Assembly: GCA_041650995.1 (NCBI GenBank)
Contig: JBAZJZ010000002.1
Location: forward strand, 13,344 to 77,343
DNA length: 64,000 nucleotides
Origin: Patescibacteria group bacterium
GTDB taxonomy: Bacteria; Patescibacteriota; Patescibacteriia; XYB2-FULL-38-15
Direction of reading: 5' to 3'
Position numbers and translations under genes: made by a program. Within the stretch, counting starts at the first letter, position 1. The number at the start of each line of letters is the position of its first letter. This document shows, in pieces, positions 39,175 to 48,610 of the stretch. Below the pieces are notes generated by a model, which did not search any database, had not been told where the DNA came from, and saw only the letters and a program-made list of their open reading frames with translations.

Positions 39175-40704
39175 ATGAAGGAGAAAATCGGAAAGTTCAT
39201 GGGATTCTTTTTGACCGTCTTCGTGGCGGCCACGATGTTCGCCTACGCCGCGTGCGGTGATGATGACGAGACGGCCAGGATCTGCGACCCCGGCTCGACG
39301 CAGGATTGCTCCTGCGGCGGCGGACGGACCGGTTACCAGATTTGCGATTACACCGGTCTCGCCTGGGGCACCTGCGAGTGTGACTGCGTCCCCAACTGCA
39401 CCGGCCGCGAATGTGGCTCGGATGGTTGCGGTGGCTCGTGCGGATCGTGTTCGGGTTCCGAGATATGTACTCCTGGCGGGGTCTGCGATACGACTGCGCC
39501 GAACTGTCCGGCAGATCGCGATTGCACCGGCCGTGAGTGCGGACCTGATCCGGTCTGCGGTACTTCCTGCGGCACGTGCTCGGGATCCGAGACGTGCAAT
39601 GCGTCGGGTAGATGCGATTGCACCCCCAACTGCTCCGGCCGTGAATGCGGCTCGGATGGCTGCGGAGGTTCTTGCGGTTCGTGCTCGGGATCCGAGACGT
39701 GCAATGCGTCGGGTACGTGTGTCCCAGGCACGGATCCGTGTTCATCGAGCTCCTCATGTTCGGCGTGTACGCCGCGAGGTGGATGCGGCTGGTGCCAGTC
39801 GACGGGAGTTTGCGTTTCGGGTATTAGTTCCGGACCAACAAGCGGAACCTGCGGTGACTGGCGTTGGACCCCAGGCGACTGTTGCACCCCCAACTGCTCC
39901 GGCCGTGAATGCGGCTCGGATGGCTGCGGAGGTTCTTGCGGTTCGTGCTCGGGATCCGAGACGTGCAATTCTTCAGGAAGGTGTGAATCCACGGTGTCCT
40001 GCGGAAACGGGCGTTGCGATTCGGGCGAAACGTGCGCTACGTGTCCGGCCGACTGCGGCGCTGGCGACGGATGTCTCCCTGGTTCTTCAGGGCCGTGTTC
40101 TAACTCGTGTGGAGCAGGCACGCGTATCTGCGACTCCAGTTGCCGGTGGGGAACTTGCGTTGTTTCTTCTGGCAGCGCCACGGTCCGGGTCACAGACGCA
40201 ACTTGGGTTTACCAGGCGTACCCGACAGTGAACAACTGCCACTCAGCTGTCCTATGGGTCGGCGTGAATCCAACGGACTTCCGGTATTACTACTCGTTCT
40301 TTGCACTCAATACGAGTGATCTTGACGCAATTCCGTCAGGCGCGGTCGCGACCATCACGAGCGCGAATTTACGGTTGCGCGTCCGGGATCGTCTAGGAGC
40401 AGCGCCAACGCTTGGTGTCTATCAAGTTACGTCTTCCTATTCGTGTGCGGCGACCACATACCGCAGCATGCCGTCGTTTTCTCTACCTGCATATGCTACG
40501 TGGCTTGCCAACCAGTCATCTGGGTCGTGGGTTTCGGTGCCTATTGTGGGATTCATTGAGTACGTGCGTTCAGCTGCTGTTGTCAATCCGACCTTGGCGT
40601 TGGGGATAGGCACCGGCGACATCGGGGTCGTCGAGTACATTGCTCCCGGCGGTGGCGGTACAGTTGATGACCCGACGATTACTGTGACATGGACGTGCCC
40701 ATAG
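39175..40704 (+). CDS. High-GC Cys-rich repeat lipoprotein (509 aa): 4x CxxNCxGRECGSDGCGGSCGSCSGSETC repeats, PSI-like CGWC module, C-terminal DNRLRE-like beta domain
   Basis: Lipobox AYAAC; four near-identical 30-aa Cys repeats; CSACTPRGGCGWCQSTGVC; C-terminal VRVTDATWVYQ...SFFALNTSDLDAIPSGAVATITSANLRLRV. Numerous overlapping ORFs on other frames rejected. Confidence 0.65.
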   Translation: MKEKIGKFMGFFLTVFVAATMFAYAACGDDDETARICDPGSTQDCSCGGGRTGYQICDYTGLAWGTCECDCVPNCTGRECGSDGCGGSCGSCSGSEICTPGGVCDTTAPNCPADRDCTGRECGPDPVCGTSCGTCSGSETCNASGRCDCTPNCSGRECGSDGCGGSCGSCSGSETCNASGTCVPGTDPCSSSSSCSACTPRGGCGWCQSTGVCVSGISSGPTSGTCGDWRWTPGDCCTPNCSGRECGSDGCGGSCGSCSGSETCNSSGRCESTVSCGNGRCDSGETCATCPADCGAGDGCLPGSSGPCSNSCGAGTRICDSSCRWGTCVVSSGSATVRVTDATWVYQAYPTVNNCHSAVLWVGVNPTDFRYYYSFFALNTSDLDAIPSGAVATITSANLRLRVRDRLGAAPTLGVYQVTSSYSCAATTYRSMPSFSLPAYATWLANQSSGSWVSVPIVGFIEYVRSAAVVNPTLALGIGTGDIGVVEYIAPGGGGTVDDPTITVTWTCP

Positions 40705-40792
40705 TTGCGGCTCAGTTCGAATAGTGCCTCGCGCGCACAAGAACACCGCAGCGTTAATTTCCGCGCTTGTCCGTGACGCAGACACGCATCGT

Positions 40793-40855
40793 TGAACCGG
40801 CATCTGGCAGAAATCGTGAAGAACGATTCTCTGCCAGATGCCGGTCTTTTTATTT
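40793..40855 (+). terminator. Cassette terminator module copy 3
   Basis: ttgaaccggcatctggcagaaatcgtgaagaacgattctctgccagatgccggtctttttattt. Confidence 0.65.
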
Positions 40856-40975
40856 AATTTTTTTATCTTACTGTGGATGAAATTTTTTTATAATCAGTTT
40901 TTGTGCTATAATTAACTAATTAATTTAAACGCTTATTCTCGAAAGTGAGTCTTTTGGGAAAAGTAAAATCTAACT

Positions 40976-43327
40976 ATGAACACAATTGCTAACATTTGTG
41001 ACAAATTGGTTAAAATTTGTCTGTCCCTTTTGGTTTTTGTTTTACCGGTTTTTTTTCTGCCGTGGACTTTTGAAGCTCTGGATTTTAACAAACAAAATTT
41101 ACTGGTTATTGTGACGCTTTTGGCAGGGCTTGCCTGGCTTGGAAAAATGGTTGCTTCAAGGCAAGTTATTTTGCGCCGCAGTTTTTTGAATGTTCTTGTT
41201 TTATTGTACGTGGCGATTTACACCCTCGCGACGATTTTTTCCTTGGATAAAATCAGGAGTTTTGTCGGAGCTTCGGGATTGGAAAAAGAAGGGCTCGTAA
41301 CGGTTCTTTGTTTTGTTATTTTATATTTTGTCATCATCAACAATTTTCGCGACATGAAGGCAGTAAAGAATTTACTTTACTCGTACCTTTTGGGCGCGGG
41401 GGTTGTGACCGTCTGGACAGCGTTTGTTTTTTTAGGAGTATTACCTGCCACGCTCGTCCCCAGCCAAGCTCTAAATTCAGTTGGAACCTTGAACGGTTTG
41501 GGAATTTTTTTGGGAGCCGCGTTCGTTTTGCTTTGCCCATTATTTTTAGGGGATGGGGCAGAAAAGGGTAAGGCCAGTAAAAAGAATTTAGTTATGAGAA
41601 TTGTGATGGCTGTTGTCGCCGCGCTTATGCTTTTTCTTCTGGCGACGATTGATAATTGGATAGTTTGGGCGATTTTTGTTCCGGCTATTGCTTTTGTTTT
41701 GGCTTTCGCAATAATTAGGGCTCATGAAATTAAAAATTTAGGGTGGTTGGCTCTGCCCATGGCAGCTTTTGTCGTTGCAGTCTTATTATTTTTTATTAAT
41801 ACGCCAATTGTTTCGCGATTGCCGGCGGAAATTATGCCGTCTTTTTCCGCGTCAAGCGGGATTGCCAGGCAATCTTTGCAAGAAGCGCCACTTTTGGGTT
41901 CTGGGCCAAGTACGTTTGTTTTTGATTATGCGAAATATAAGCCAGCCGGCGTAAATGAGACACAACTTTGGGATGTTAAGTTTGATCGCTCTGCTTCAAG
42001 GGTTTTAACCATGCTTACAACTACTGGGCTTTTTGGAATTATTTCGTGGTTATTTGTGGCGGTGTTTTTGGCCGTTTTACTTGTTTCAAATTTAATCAAA
42101 GAAAAATCTGGAGCACTATGGCTGAATCAGTTGGCAGTTGGCGCGGCTTGGCTTGCCTTACTTCTCGGTAAATTTCTTTATTCTTCCAATTTAACTTTGG
42201 AATTTTCCTTTTGGATTTTAACGGCAATTTTGGTAGTTATAACTTCACATAAATTTTGGGAGATTTCTTTGGGCAGCGCCCCGCGCGTTTCCCTGATTTT
42301 GTCTTTTCTTCTGGCAATAGGTTTGATTTTGACTGTTTCGTCTTTTTATCTCGTGGGCGAGCGTTACGCAGCTGATGCGAAATTTATGCAGGCTTTGGAC
42401 TCCTTTAATAAAGGAGAGGATTTGAGCAAGGCAACAGGGCTTTTGGATCAAGCTGTGTCTTTAAACCAACGCAACGACATTTATCTTAGAAATTTGGCGC
42501 AAAGTTTGCAGGCGCAAATTAATCAAGAGCTAGCGGCTACGCCGACCGAAGAGGGCGCTAAAAAAATCCAAGAACTTATCGCGGCGGACATTAATGTGGC
42601 AAAGCGCGCGACAGAAATTTCTCCGAAAAATTCAACTAACTGGGCAACACTGGCGTCAATTTACCAGACAATTATGTCGATAATTCCGGGAGCTGACGAA
42701 TGGGCTGTAAGTTCTTGGCAGAAAGCGATTGAATTTGAGCCGGCAAATCCGTATCTTTATACAGAATTAGGAAAAACCTACGCGGCAATGGCTGATTTGC
42801 TTGCTCCAAATCTTCAGTCAAAAGATGATAAAGTAAAAGCTGAGGCAGAAACAAAAGTTAAAGAAAATTTAGACAAAGCCGAGGAACAACTTAACAAAGC
42901 TATCACGACTAAAGCAGATTATGCGCCAGCTCATTTTGAATTGGCGTTAGTTTATAGCCGACAAGGAAAAGTCAATGAGGCGATTAGTAAATTAGAAGAA
43001 ATTAAGGCCGATTTGCCAAATGATATTGGGGTGGCCTTCCAGCTCGGTTTGCTTTACGCGCAAAATAAAGAATTAGACAAGGCTGTTGCCGAATTGGAAC
43101 GAGTAGTTGGGCTCGCGCCGAGCTTTGCTAACGCCCGTTGGTATCTCGCGGCGATTTACGAAGAGCAAGGTAAAAAAGATTTAGCGCTTGGCGAACTGGA
43201 AGAAATTTTAAAGACCAACCCTGACAATGAAATTGTTAAACAGAAAATTGATTCTTTAAAAAACCCGTCCACTGGAGAGCCAGCGGTTTTACCGACCCCA
43301 ATTCCTGAAACGGTTCCAGCGCAGTAA
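40976..43327 (+). CDS. O-antigen ligase (Wzy_C/WaaL/PglL)-family polytopic membrane protein with C-terminal TPR repeats
   Basis: About 12 TM helices in first 450 aa, then TPR-like repeats (YTELGKTYAAMADLL, HFELALVYSRQGKVNEAI, ARWYLAAIYEEQGKKDLALGELEEILK). Confidence 0.65.
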   Translation: MNTIANICDKLVKICLSLLVFVLPVFFLPWTFEALDFNKQNLLVIVTLLAGLAWLGKMVASRQVILRRSFLNVLVLLYVAIYTLATIFSLDKIRSFVGASGLEKEGLVTVLCFVILYFVIINNFRDMKAVKNLLYSYLLGAGVVTVWTAFVFLGVLPATLVPSQALNSVGTLNGLGIFLGAAFVLLCPLFLGDGAEKGKASKKNLVMRIVMAVVAALMLFLLATIDNWIVWAIFVPAIAFVLAFAIIRAHEIKNLGWLALPMAAFVVAVLLFFINTPIVSRLPAEIMPSFSASSGIARQSLQEAPLLGSGPSTFVFDYAKYKPAGVNETQLWDVKFDRSASRVLTMLTTTGLFGIISWLFVAVFLAVLLVSNLIKEKSGALWLNQLAVGAAWLALLLGKFLYSSNLTLEFSFWILTAILVVITSHKFWEISLGSAPRVSLILSFLLAIGLILTVSSFYLVGERYAADAKFMQALDSFNKGEDLSKATGLLDQAVSLNQRNDIYLRNLAQSLQAQINQELAATPTEEGAKKIQELIAADINVAKRATEISPKNSTNWATLASIYQTIMSIIPGADEWAVSSWQKAIEFEPANPYLYTELGKTYAAMADLLAPNLQSKDDKVKAEAETKVKENLDKAEEQLNKAITTKADYAPAHFELALVYSRQGKVNEAISKLEEIKADLPNDIGVAFQLGLLYAQNKELDKAVAELERVVGLAPSFANARWYLAAIYEEQGKKDLALGELEEILKTNPDNEIVKQKIDSLKNPSTGEPAVLPTPIPETVPAQ

Positions 43328-43500
43328 AATTGGTTGACCACGTACAAAGTAAAGGTGAATCAATATGTGTTCAGTAAACAATGAAGGTAAATATAGTTTT
43401 TGCTCTGCCGGGCGCAAAGAAACCTAAACTTTGTATCGTAGTTGACAAAATTATAAATTGTTGTAACCTTAAAAAATCTCCCGCCTGGATTTATGGTTTT

Positions 43501-43574
43501 GGGCCTATAGTATAGTAGTAAAACGCCTCCATGGCATGGAGGAGTCGAGGGTGCGATTCCCTCTAGGTCCACCA
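43501..43574 (+). tRNA. tRNA-Ala (GGC), CCA encoded, embedded in 10-bp inverted repeat atctcccgcc/ggcgggagat
   Basis: gggccta/taggtcc acceptor (G3-U70), anticodon stem cctcc/ggagg with loop atggcat, T-arm gagggtgcgattccctc; upstream ttgacaaaattataaattgt promoter-like box. Confidence 0.8.
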
Positions 43575-43629
43575 AAAATTCCGGCGGGAGATTTTAGTTG
43601 ATTTTTATTTTAAATAAAAAATAAAGAGT

Positions 43630-44724
43630 ATGTCTTTTAAAGTGGGAATTGTTGGTCTGCCAAACGTGGGGAAGTCAACCCTTTTTAAAGCGTTGACTCG
43701 AAAACAAGTAGACATCGCCAATTATCCTTTTTGCACTATTGAACCAAATGTGGGGACGGTTGCCGTGCCCGATTTCCGTTTACAAAAATTAAATGATTTT
43801 TATAATTCGGCGAAAATTGTTCCGACCGTGATTGAATTTGTAGACATTGCCGGTCTTGTGAAAGGCGCCCACGAAGGTCAGGGTTTGGGCAATAAATTTT
43901 TGTCGCATATTAGGGAAGTAGACGCTATCTGCCAGGTGATTCGGGCTTTTGAAGATCCTAATGTCATTCATGTAGATGGAAAAATTAATCCCATTTCTGA
44001 TTTAGAAGTTATAAATTTGGAATTAATTTTTGCCGATCAAGATACAGTTAAAAAAAGACTCACGAGTTTGGCTGGCGAACTTAAGGGTGGCAAAGAAAAA
44101 ATACTTCTTAAGACCAATGAAACACTTTTAAAAATTAGCGATGCTTTGGAAAAGGGAATAATGGCTGCAGCACTTGGCCTTGACGAGGAGGAAAAATTTT
44201 TGGTTAAAGAATTGAATTTATTATCTTTAAAGCCGACGTTTTACGCCTTAAACGTGGCAGAAGCTGATATAAAAGCCGATAAAAAAGAAATTTTGAAAAA
44301 GTTTAATTTGCCACTTGATCCGGAAAAAGTAATTTTAGTTTCGGCAAAAATTGAGTCGGAATTAGCAGAACTTCCGCCAGAAGAGGCAAAAAATTATTTG
44401 AAAGAGTTGGGTCTGGAAGAATCCGGTTTGGACAAATTGATCAGGGCGAGTTATTATGAACTCAATTTGATCACCTTTTTTACGGCCGGACCAAAAGAAG
44501 CACATGCCTGGACAATAGCCCGAGGAACTCTGGCGCCACAGGCTGCCGGTAAAATTCATACTGATTTTGAACGCGGGTTTATCGCGGCTGAAGTTATAAA
44601 TTGGAAAGATTTGTTAGATTCCGGCGGAGACGTTGGGGCGAAAGAGAAGGGATTAATTCGGCTGGAAGGAAAAGAATACGTGATGCAAGACGGCGATACG
44701 GTAGAATTTAGATTTAATGTGTAA
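43630..44724 (+). CDS. ychF: Ribosome-binding ATPase YchF
   Basis: MSFKVGIVGLPNVGKSTLF G1 motif, TGS-domain C-terminus. Confidence 0.9.
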   Translation: MSFKVGIVGLPNVGKSTLFKALTRKQVDIANYPFCTIEPNVGTVAVPDFRLQKLNDFYNSAKIVPTVIEFVDIAGLVKGAHEGQGLGNKFLSHIREVDAICQVIRAFEDPNVIHVDGKINPISDLEVINLELIFADQDTVKKRLTSLAGELKGGKEKILLKTNETLLKISDALEKGIMAAALGLDEEEKFLVKELNLLSLKPTFYALNVAEADIKADKKEILKKFNLPLDPEKVILVSAKIESELAELPPEEAKNYLKELGLEESGLDKLIRASYYELNLITFFTAGPKEAHAWTIARGTLAPQAAGKIHTDFERGFIAAEVINWKDLLDSGGDVGAKEKGLIRLEGKEYVMQDGDTVEFRFNV

Positions 44725-44725
44725 T

Positions 44726-44757
44726 AAAAAAATCCTTGCCATTTTGCGAGGATTTTT
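44726..44757. terminator. Bidirectional terminator between ychF and methyltransferase gene
   Basis: aaaaaaatccttgccattttgcgaggattttt. Confidence 0.55.
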
Positions 44758-44767
44758 AAATTTTTAT

Positions 44768-45994
44768 TTAAAGAGAAAAAATAAAAATTTCCCGCCAGAC
44801 GAATTGGTCGGGCCGGGAGTAGAGAATAGAATTACGCGGCGTAATTTCTAAAAATGGATATTTTTTAAAATCTTTTGGTAGAAGGTCGGTCGCAGAAAAG
44901 CCGATTTTTTTTATTTCGTCCAGAATCGGTAAAAATAAATCTTGTTTTTCTGTATGAAAAACAGGGAAGAGAATTGCAATTCGGCCGTCGGATTTTATAA
45001 TTTTTTTAAATTCTCGGAAAGCGGCAAGATAAAGGTCGGAAAGTTCTCTGATAATTTGTTGGATTTTTTCTTGAGGTTCGTCGCCATGGAGAGGTGGACC
45101 AAGGTATGGTTCAGTGATAATCGCATCGATTGATTGCGAGGGAAATTTTTTTGAAATTTCCTTGGCGTCAGCTTCTAATAATTTATAATTTTTTGTTTCC
45201 AGGTTATAATTTTTTTTCAACCATTCTAAGTTTTCTTTTGCTCCGGATAAAGTTTCGGGGTTAATATCCGTGCCAATTAAATTTTCGTAGCCCCAAAGCA
45301 GCGCTTCTTCCAAAATTGTGGCAAAGCCGCAGAACGGATCTAAAAGAGCAGAGTGTTTGTCTATTCGCGCTAAATTAAGCATAATTTTAGCAAGTTTCGG
45401 CGGCATTAATCCGACTCGCATGCTTCGGGCGGGTCTGCCATAATCGCGGAAACTCAGATCTTCAAATTCTTGGACTGCCAAAGTTTTACCGAGATAATTT
45501 TTTTCTTTGCCAATCAAAAAAACTAATTCGGCGCCGGCCTCGGTCAGCAATTTATTTTTCTTTACTACGACTGAACTTAAATTTTTTTCTTTTGAAGTTA
45601 CCCACCTAGCCTGGATTTTCGCCTCCTTGAGCAGGTTTTTTATTTCCATGGCTAGATTTTTTATTTTTTGAGTTCCCTTGTTTAAGCGCGCGACAGAAAC
45701 ATCTTCATCTAATTTATAAAAACTAAAGCCAAAATAAATTTTTTTAGCCGAAGAATTTTTCAAAATTTCAGCGATGTCTTCGGCCGCGAATTCGTCCGGC
45801 ATTTCAAGGATTTCCCCAAATTTAACCGTACCCCCGAGGCGCGGCATGATTTCATTAGCAGAAAGTTCACCTTCAATATCGGCTACAATGGCTTCGTTTG
45901 AAAGGTGGTTAAAAATAGCTTGTTCGTCCAAAACGGCGGCTAGCTCCGCGCTTGACAAAGTTGGATTTCTGCCTAAAATAAAGAAGTATTTCAT
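44768..45994 (-). CDS. Class I SAM-dependent RNA methyltransferase (Trm11/RlmL-like, THUMP-associated family)
   Basis: DPFCGFATILEEA (motif I) and ITEPYLGPP (motif IV variant of NPPY). Confidence 0.5.
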   Translation of the reverse strand: MKYFFILGRNPTLSSAELAAVLDEQAIFNHLSNEAIVADIEGELSANEIMPRLGGTVKFGEILEMPDEFAAEDIAEILKNSSAKKIYFGFSFYKLDEDVSVARLNKGTQKIKNLAMEIKNLLKEAKIQARWVTSKEKNLSSVVVKKNKLLTEAGAELVFLIGKEKNYLGKTLAVQEFEDLSFRDYGRPARSMRVGLMPPKLAKIMLNLARIDKHSALLDPFCGFATILEEALLWGYENLIGTDINPETLSGAKENLEWLKKNYNLETKNYKLLEADAKEISKKFPSQSIDAIITEPYLGPPLHGDEPQEKIQQIIRELSDLYLAAFREFKKIIKSDGRIAILFPVFHTEKQDLFLPILDEIKKIGFSATDLLPKDFKKYPFLEITPRNSILYSRPDQFVWREIFIFSL

Positions 45995-46231
45995 ATTTTT
46001 TAAGTTTTACGAGTATCGGCTGGATTTTGGTTTATTATATCACATCTTGCCTCATTAGAAATTCTTGGCAAAATTTTTTATAAAATTTTTGTTTCAATGT
46101 GTCCACGAAACAAGCCATAAAATATTTTCTTAAAATAGGCATTTTAAAATAAAAATAAATTTTTAACGGGGCTTGCGTAAATTTTAGCCCTGTGCTAAAC
46201 TTTTAGAAACTTTATTATCCAGCGAGTGCGA

Positions 46232-46249
46232 TCCCGCAGTACTGCGGGA
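46232..46249 (+). promoter_or_regulatory. GC hairpin motif tcccgcagtactgcggga in rpsF leader
   Basis: Identical to the motif at 3443; 38 nt upstream of rpsF ATG. Confidence 0.5.
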
Positions 46250-46286
46250 CGACGAGCGCAGGTAAATACCTTATTTAAACAGTTTT

Positions 46287-46727
46287 ATGAAACATTACGA
46301 ATTATTGTTCATCATTCCTGGAAAATATACCGAGGAAGAGATGGAAGCTATCAGCGGAAAAATCAATGAAACAGTTAAAAAATACGGAGGGGAAATAACC
46401 TCAACCGATAATTTGGGTTCCAAAAAATTGGCCTACCCGATTGCCGATGTCCAGGTTGGGAACTATCTTGTGATTGAGTTTAACAGCGAAGCAGAAAAAA
46501 TCAAGGAGCTTGAGGGTGAATTAAAGTTAACCCAAGAAGTTTTAAGGTTTAGCATCACTTTGAAAAAACTTAAAACCCAAGAAGATATAGAGGCGGAAAA
46601 AATCAGAAAAGAAAAAATGGTTCAAAAGCAGAAGGCGGAAGAAGTAAAGGCAGAGCCTGCGCCAAAAGTTAGTCTTGAGGAATTAGATAAAAAACTTGGG
46701 GAAATTCTTGAAGGCGACATTATCTAA
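46287..46727 (+). CDS. rpsF: 30S ribosomal protein S6
   Basis: MKHYELLFIIPGKYTEEE canonical S6 start; rpsF-ssb-rpsR synteny. Confidence 0.9.
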   Translation: MKHYELLFIIPGKYTEEEMEAISGKINETVKKYGGEITSTDNLGSKKLAYPIADVQVGNYLVIEFNSEAEKIKELEGELKLTQEVLRFSITLKKLKTQEDIEAEKIRKEKMVQKQKAEEVKAEPAPKVSLEELDKKLGEILEGDII

Positions 46728-46750
46728 AATAATACATAATTAGAAAAAGT

Positions 46751-47191
46751 ATGAATTTAAATAAAGCAATGATCATTGGAAATCTGACCCGCGATCCGGA
46801 AGTAAAAACAACTCCCTCGGGACAAAATGTGGCGTCTTTTTCCGTGGCGACGAACCGTGTTTGGACAAATGCTCAAGGACAAAAACAAGAAGCGGTGGAA
46901 TACCACAATATCGTCGCTTGGGGAAAATTGGCAGAAATTTGCGGCCAGTATTTGAATAAAGGTAAAAAAATTTATATTGAAGGGCGGCTTCAGACAAGAG
47001 ATTGGCAAGGGCAAGACGGAGTAAAAAGATATAAAACAGAAATTGTCGCGGAGAACATGATTATGCTAGACCGTGGCGGCTCGTCTGGTGGCCAGGGATC
47101 AGCGCCAGCAGTAAGTCAGTCCATGGAAGAACAGGGTCCAGCCGAAGAGCCGCAAGAAGAAGAAATTAAAGTTGAAAATATTCCTTTTTAA
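46751..47191 (+). CDS. ssb: Single-stranded DNA-binding protein
   Basis: OB-fold motifs (MIIGNLTRDPE, HNIVAWGKLAE), Gly/Gln-rich linker, acidic tail ending IPF. Confidence 0.9.
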   Translation: MNLNKAMIIGNLTRDPEVKTTPSGQNVASFSVATNRVWTNAQGQKQEAVEYHNIVAWGKLAEICGQYLNKGKKIYIEGRLQTRDWQGQDGVKRYKTEIVAENMIMLDRGGSSGGQGSAPAVSQSMEEQGPAEEPQEEEIKVENIPF

Positions 47192-47210
47192 ACAGATCTT
47201 TAATTAAACT

Positions 47211-47450
47211 ATGATGAGACAACAAAGTGCAAGCACAACAATCGCCGGACGAAAGACCTGCCATTTCTGCGCTAATAATGTTAAGGAGATTGATTTTAAA
47301 GACGAGCCAACTCTTAGAAAGTTTATATCGTCTTACGGTAAAATTGTTCCGCGTCGAAAAAGCGGCGTTTGTTCCAAGCATCAACGCAAGTTGGCGTTGG
47401 CGATAAAACGGGCAAGAATCCTGGGGATTTTACCTTTCACGAACAAGTAA
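47211..47450 (+). CDS. rpsR: 30S ribosomal protein S18
   Basis: CHFCANNVKEIDFKD...KHQRKLALAIKRARILGILPF. Confidence 0.9.
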   Translation: MMRQQSASTTIAGRKTCHFCANNVKEIDFKDEPTLRKFISSYGKIVPRRKSGVCSKHQRKLALAIKRARILGILPFTNK

Positions 47451-47523
47451 ATATGGCGAAGTGATAAAATCCACTCTTTGAAACCAGAGTGGATTTTGTA
47501 ATGATAAGAGGAAGTATCAATTT

Positions 47524-48585
47524 ATGACGCCTAATTGGACGATTTTAAAAAAAGAGAAAGAGAGACAAAAAAAGTTTTTTTTGAGGGCAAAAATTATTTT
47601 ATTGATTAGGGATTTTTTTTCTAGGGAAAATTTTTTAGAAGTAGAAACGCCAAGTCTTGTAAAACTTCCGGGGATGGAACCATCTCTTGACCCCGTTAAG
47701 GTAACCCTTTCGATTTTAGGCGGAAGGCGCGAGACATATCTTATAACTTCTCCTGAGTACGCGATGAAGAAAATTTTAGCGGCCGGATTTCCGAAAATTT
47801 TTCAGATCTGTAAAAGTTTTCGCGGGGGAGAGGCCATGGACGATTTACATAATCCCGAGTTCACTATCTTGGAATGGTACAGGACGCACGCAGACTATAA
47901 GGATATTATGGACGATGTAGAGAAAATGATAATGTTTGTTGGCGCTAATCTGAAAAATAAAAAACGCGTAACTATCCCCAAAAAAAATAAAAGTTTAAAA
48001 ATAAAATACCAGGGGAAAATAATTGATTTAACGCCGCCGTGGCCGAGACTGACTGTCAGGGAAGTATTTTCTAAATATGCCGAGATTGATTTAGATAAAG
48101 TGCTAGAAAGAGATCAAATAGAGCGCGCGGCCGTAAAGAAGGGTTATGTTATTTCAAAAAACGATAGTTTTGACGATATTTTCTTTAAAATATTTTTAAA
48201 CGAGATTGAGCCTTATCTGGGCCAAGGAAAACCAACAATCCTTTATGATTGGCCAGCCCAGATGGCGGCGCTTTCGCGTCAGAAAAAAATCGATCCACGC
48301 TATGCTGAAAGGTTTGAAGTTTATATTGGTGGTTTGGAGCTAGGAAACGCCTTTTCAGAATTAGTTGATCCGGACGAACAAAGAAGGCGGCTTGTCGGGG
48401 AAAGAAATTTGAGAAAGGCGCTGGGAAAAGAAATTTATGATATTGATGAGGATTTTTTGAAAGCCCTTCGTGAAATTCCGCCGTCTGGGGGTATTGCCAT
48501 GGGGGTAGACAGGATTGCGATGCTCTTCGCGGACGCTAAAAGTCTTGATGAAGTTATTTTTTTTCCAGCCAAACAAAATTTATAA
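47524..48585 (+). CDS. epmA: EF-P--(R)-beta-lysine ligase EpmA (class II LysRS paralogue, PoxA/GenX)
   Basis: Class II aaRS catalytic-core-like, about 350 aa without anticodon-binding domain, immediately upstream of efp. Confidence 0.7.
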   Translation: MTPNWTILKKEKERQKKFFLRAKIILLIRDFFSRENFLEVETPSLVKLPGMEPSLDPVKVTLSILGGRRETYLITSPEYAMKKILAAGFPKIFQICKSFRGGEAMDDLHNPEFTILEWYRTHADYKDIMDDVEKMIMFVGANLKNKKRVTIPKKNKSLKIKYQGKIIDLTPPWPRLTVREVFSKYAEIDLDKVLERDQIERAAVKKGYVISKNDSFDDIFFKIFLNEIEPYLGQGKPTILYDWPAQMAALSRQKKIDPRYAERFEVYIGGLELGNAFSELVDPDEQRRRLVGERNLRKALGKEIYDIDEDFLKALREIPPSGGIAMGVDRIAMLFADAKSLDEVIFFPAKQNL

Positions 48586-48610
48586 AATTTAAGATTATAA
48601 TCCTAAATTT

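Noticed and set aside
37380-40803. Many overlapping ORFs on other frames and strand (for example 37380..38099-, 39257..40231+, 39348..40193-, 39197..39757-)
   Set aside because: These are GC-driven spurious frames rich in Arg/Pro/Ala. The chosen frames have lipoprotein signal peptides, recognisable domains and RBSs.
38086-40855. Interpreting the three roughly 65-nt repeated elements as integron attC sites / a cassette array
   Set aside because: No intI integrase or attI is in the window. Each gene has its own promoter, unlike promoterless integron cassettes. The element lacks RYYYAAC/GTTRRRY cores and ends in a U-tract, so a shared intrinsic terminator is the simpler reading. A novel recombination site cannot be excluded without a search.
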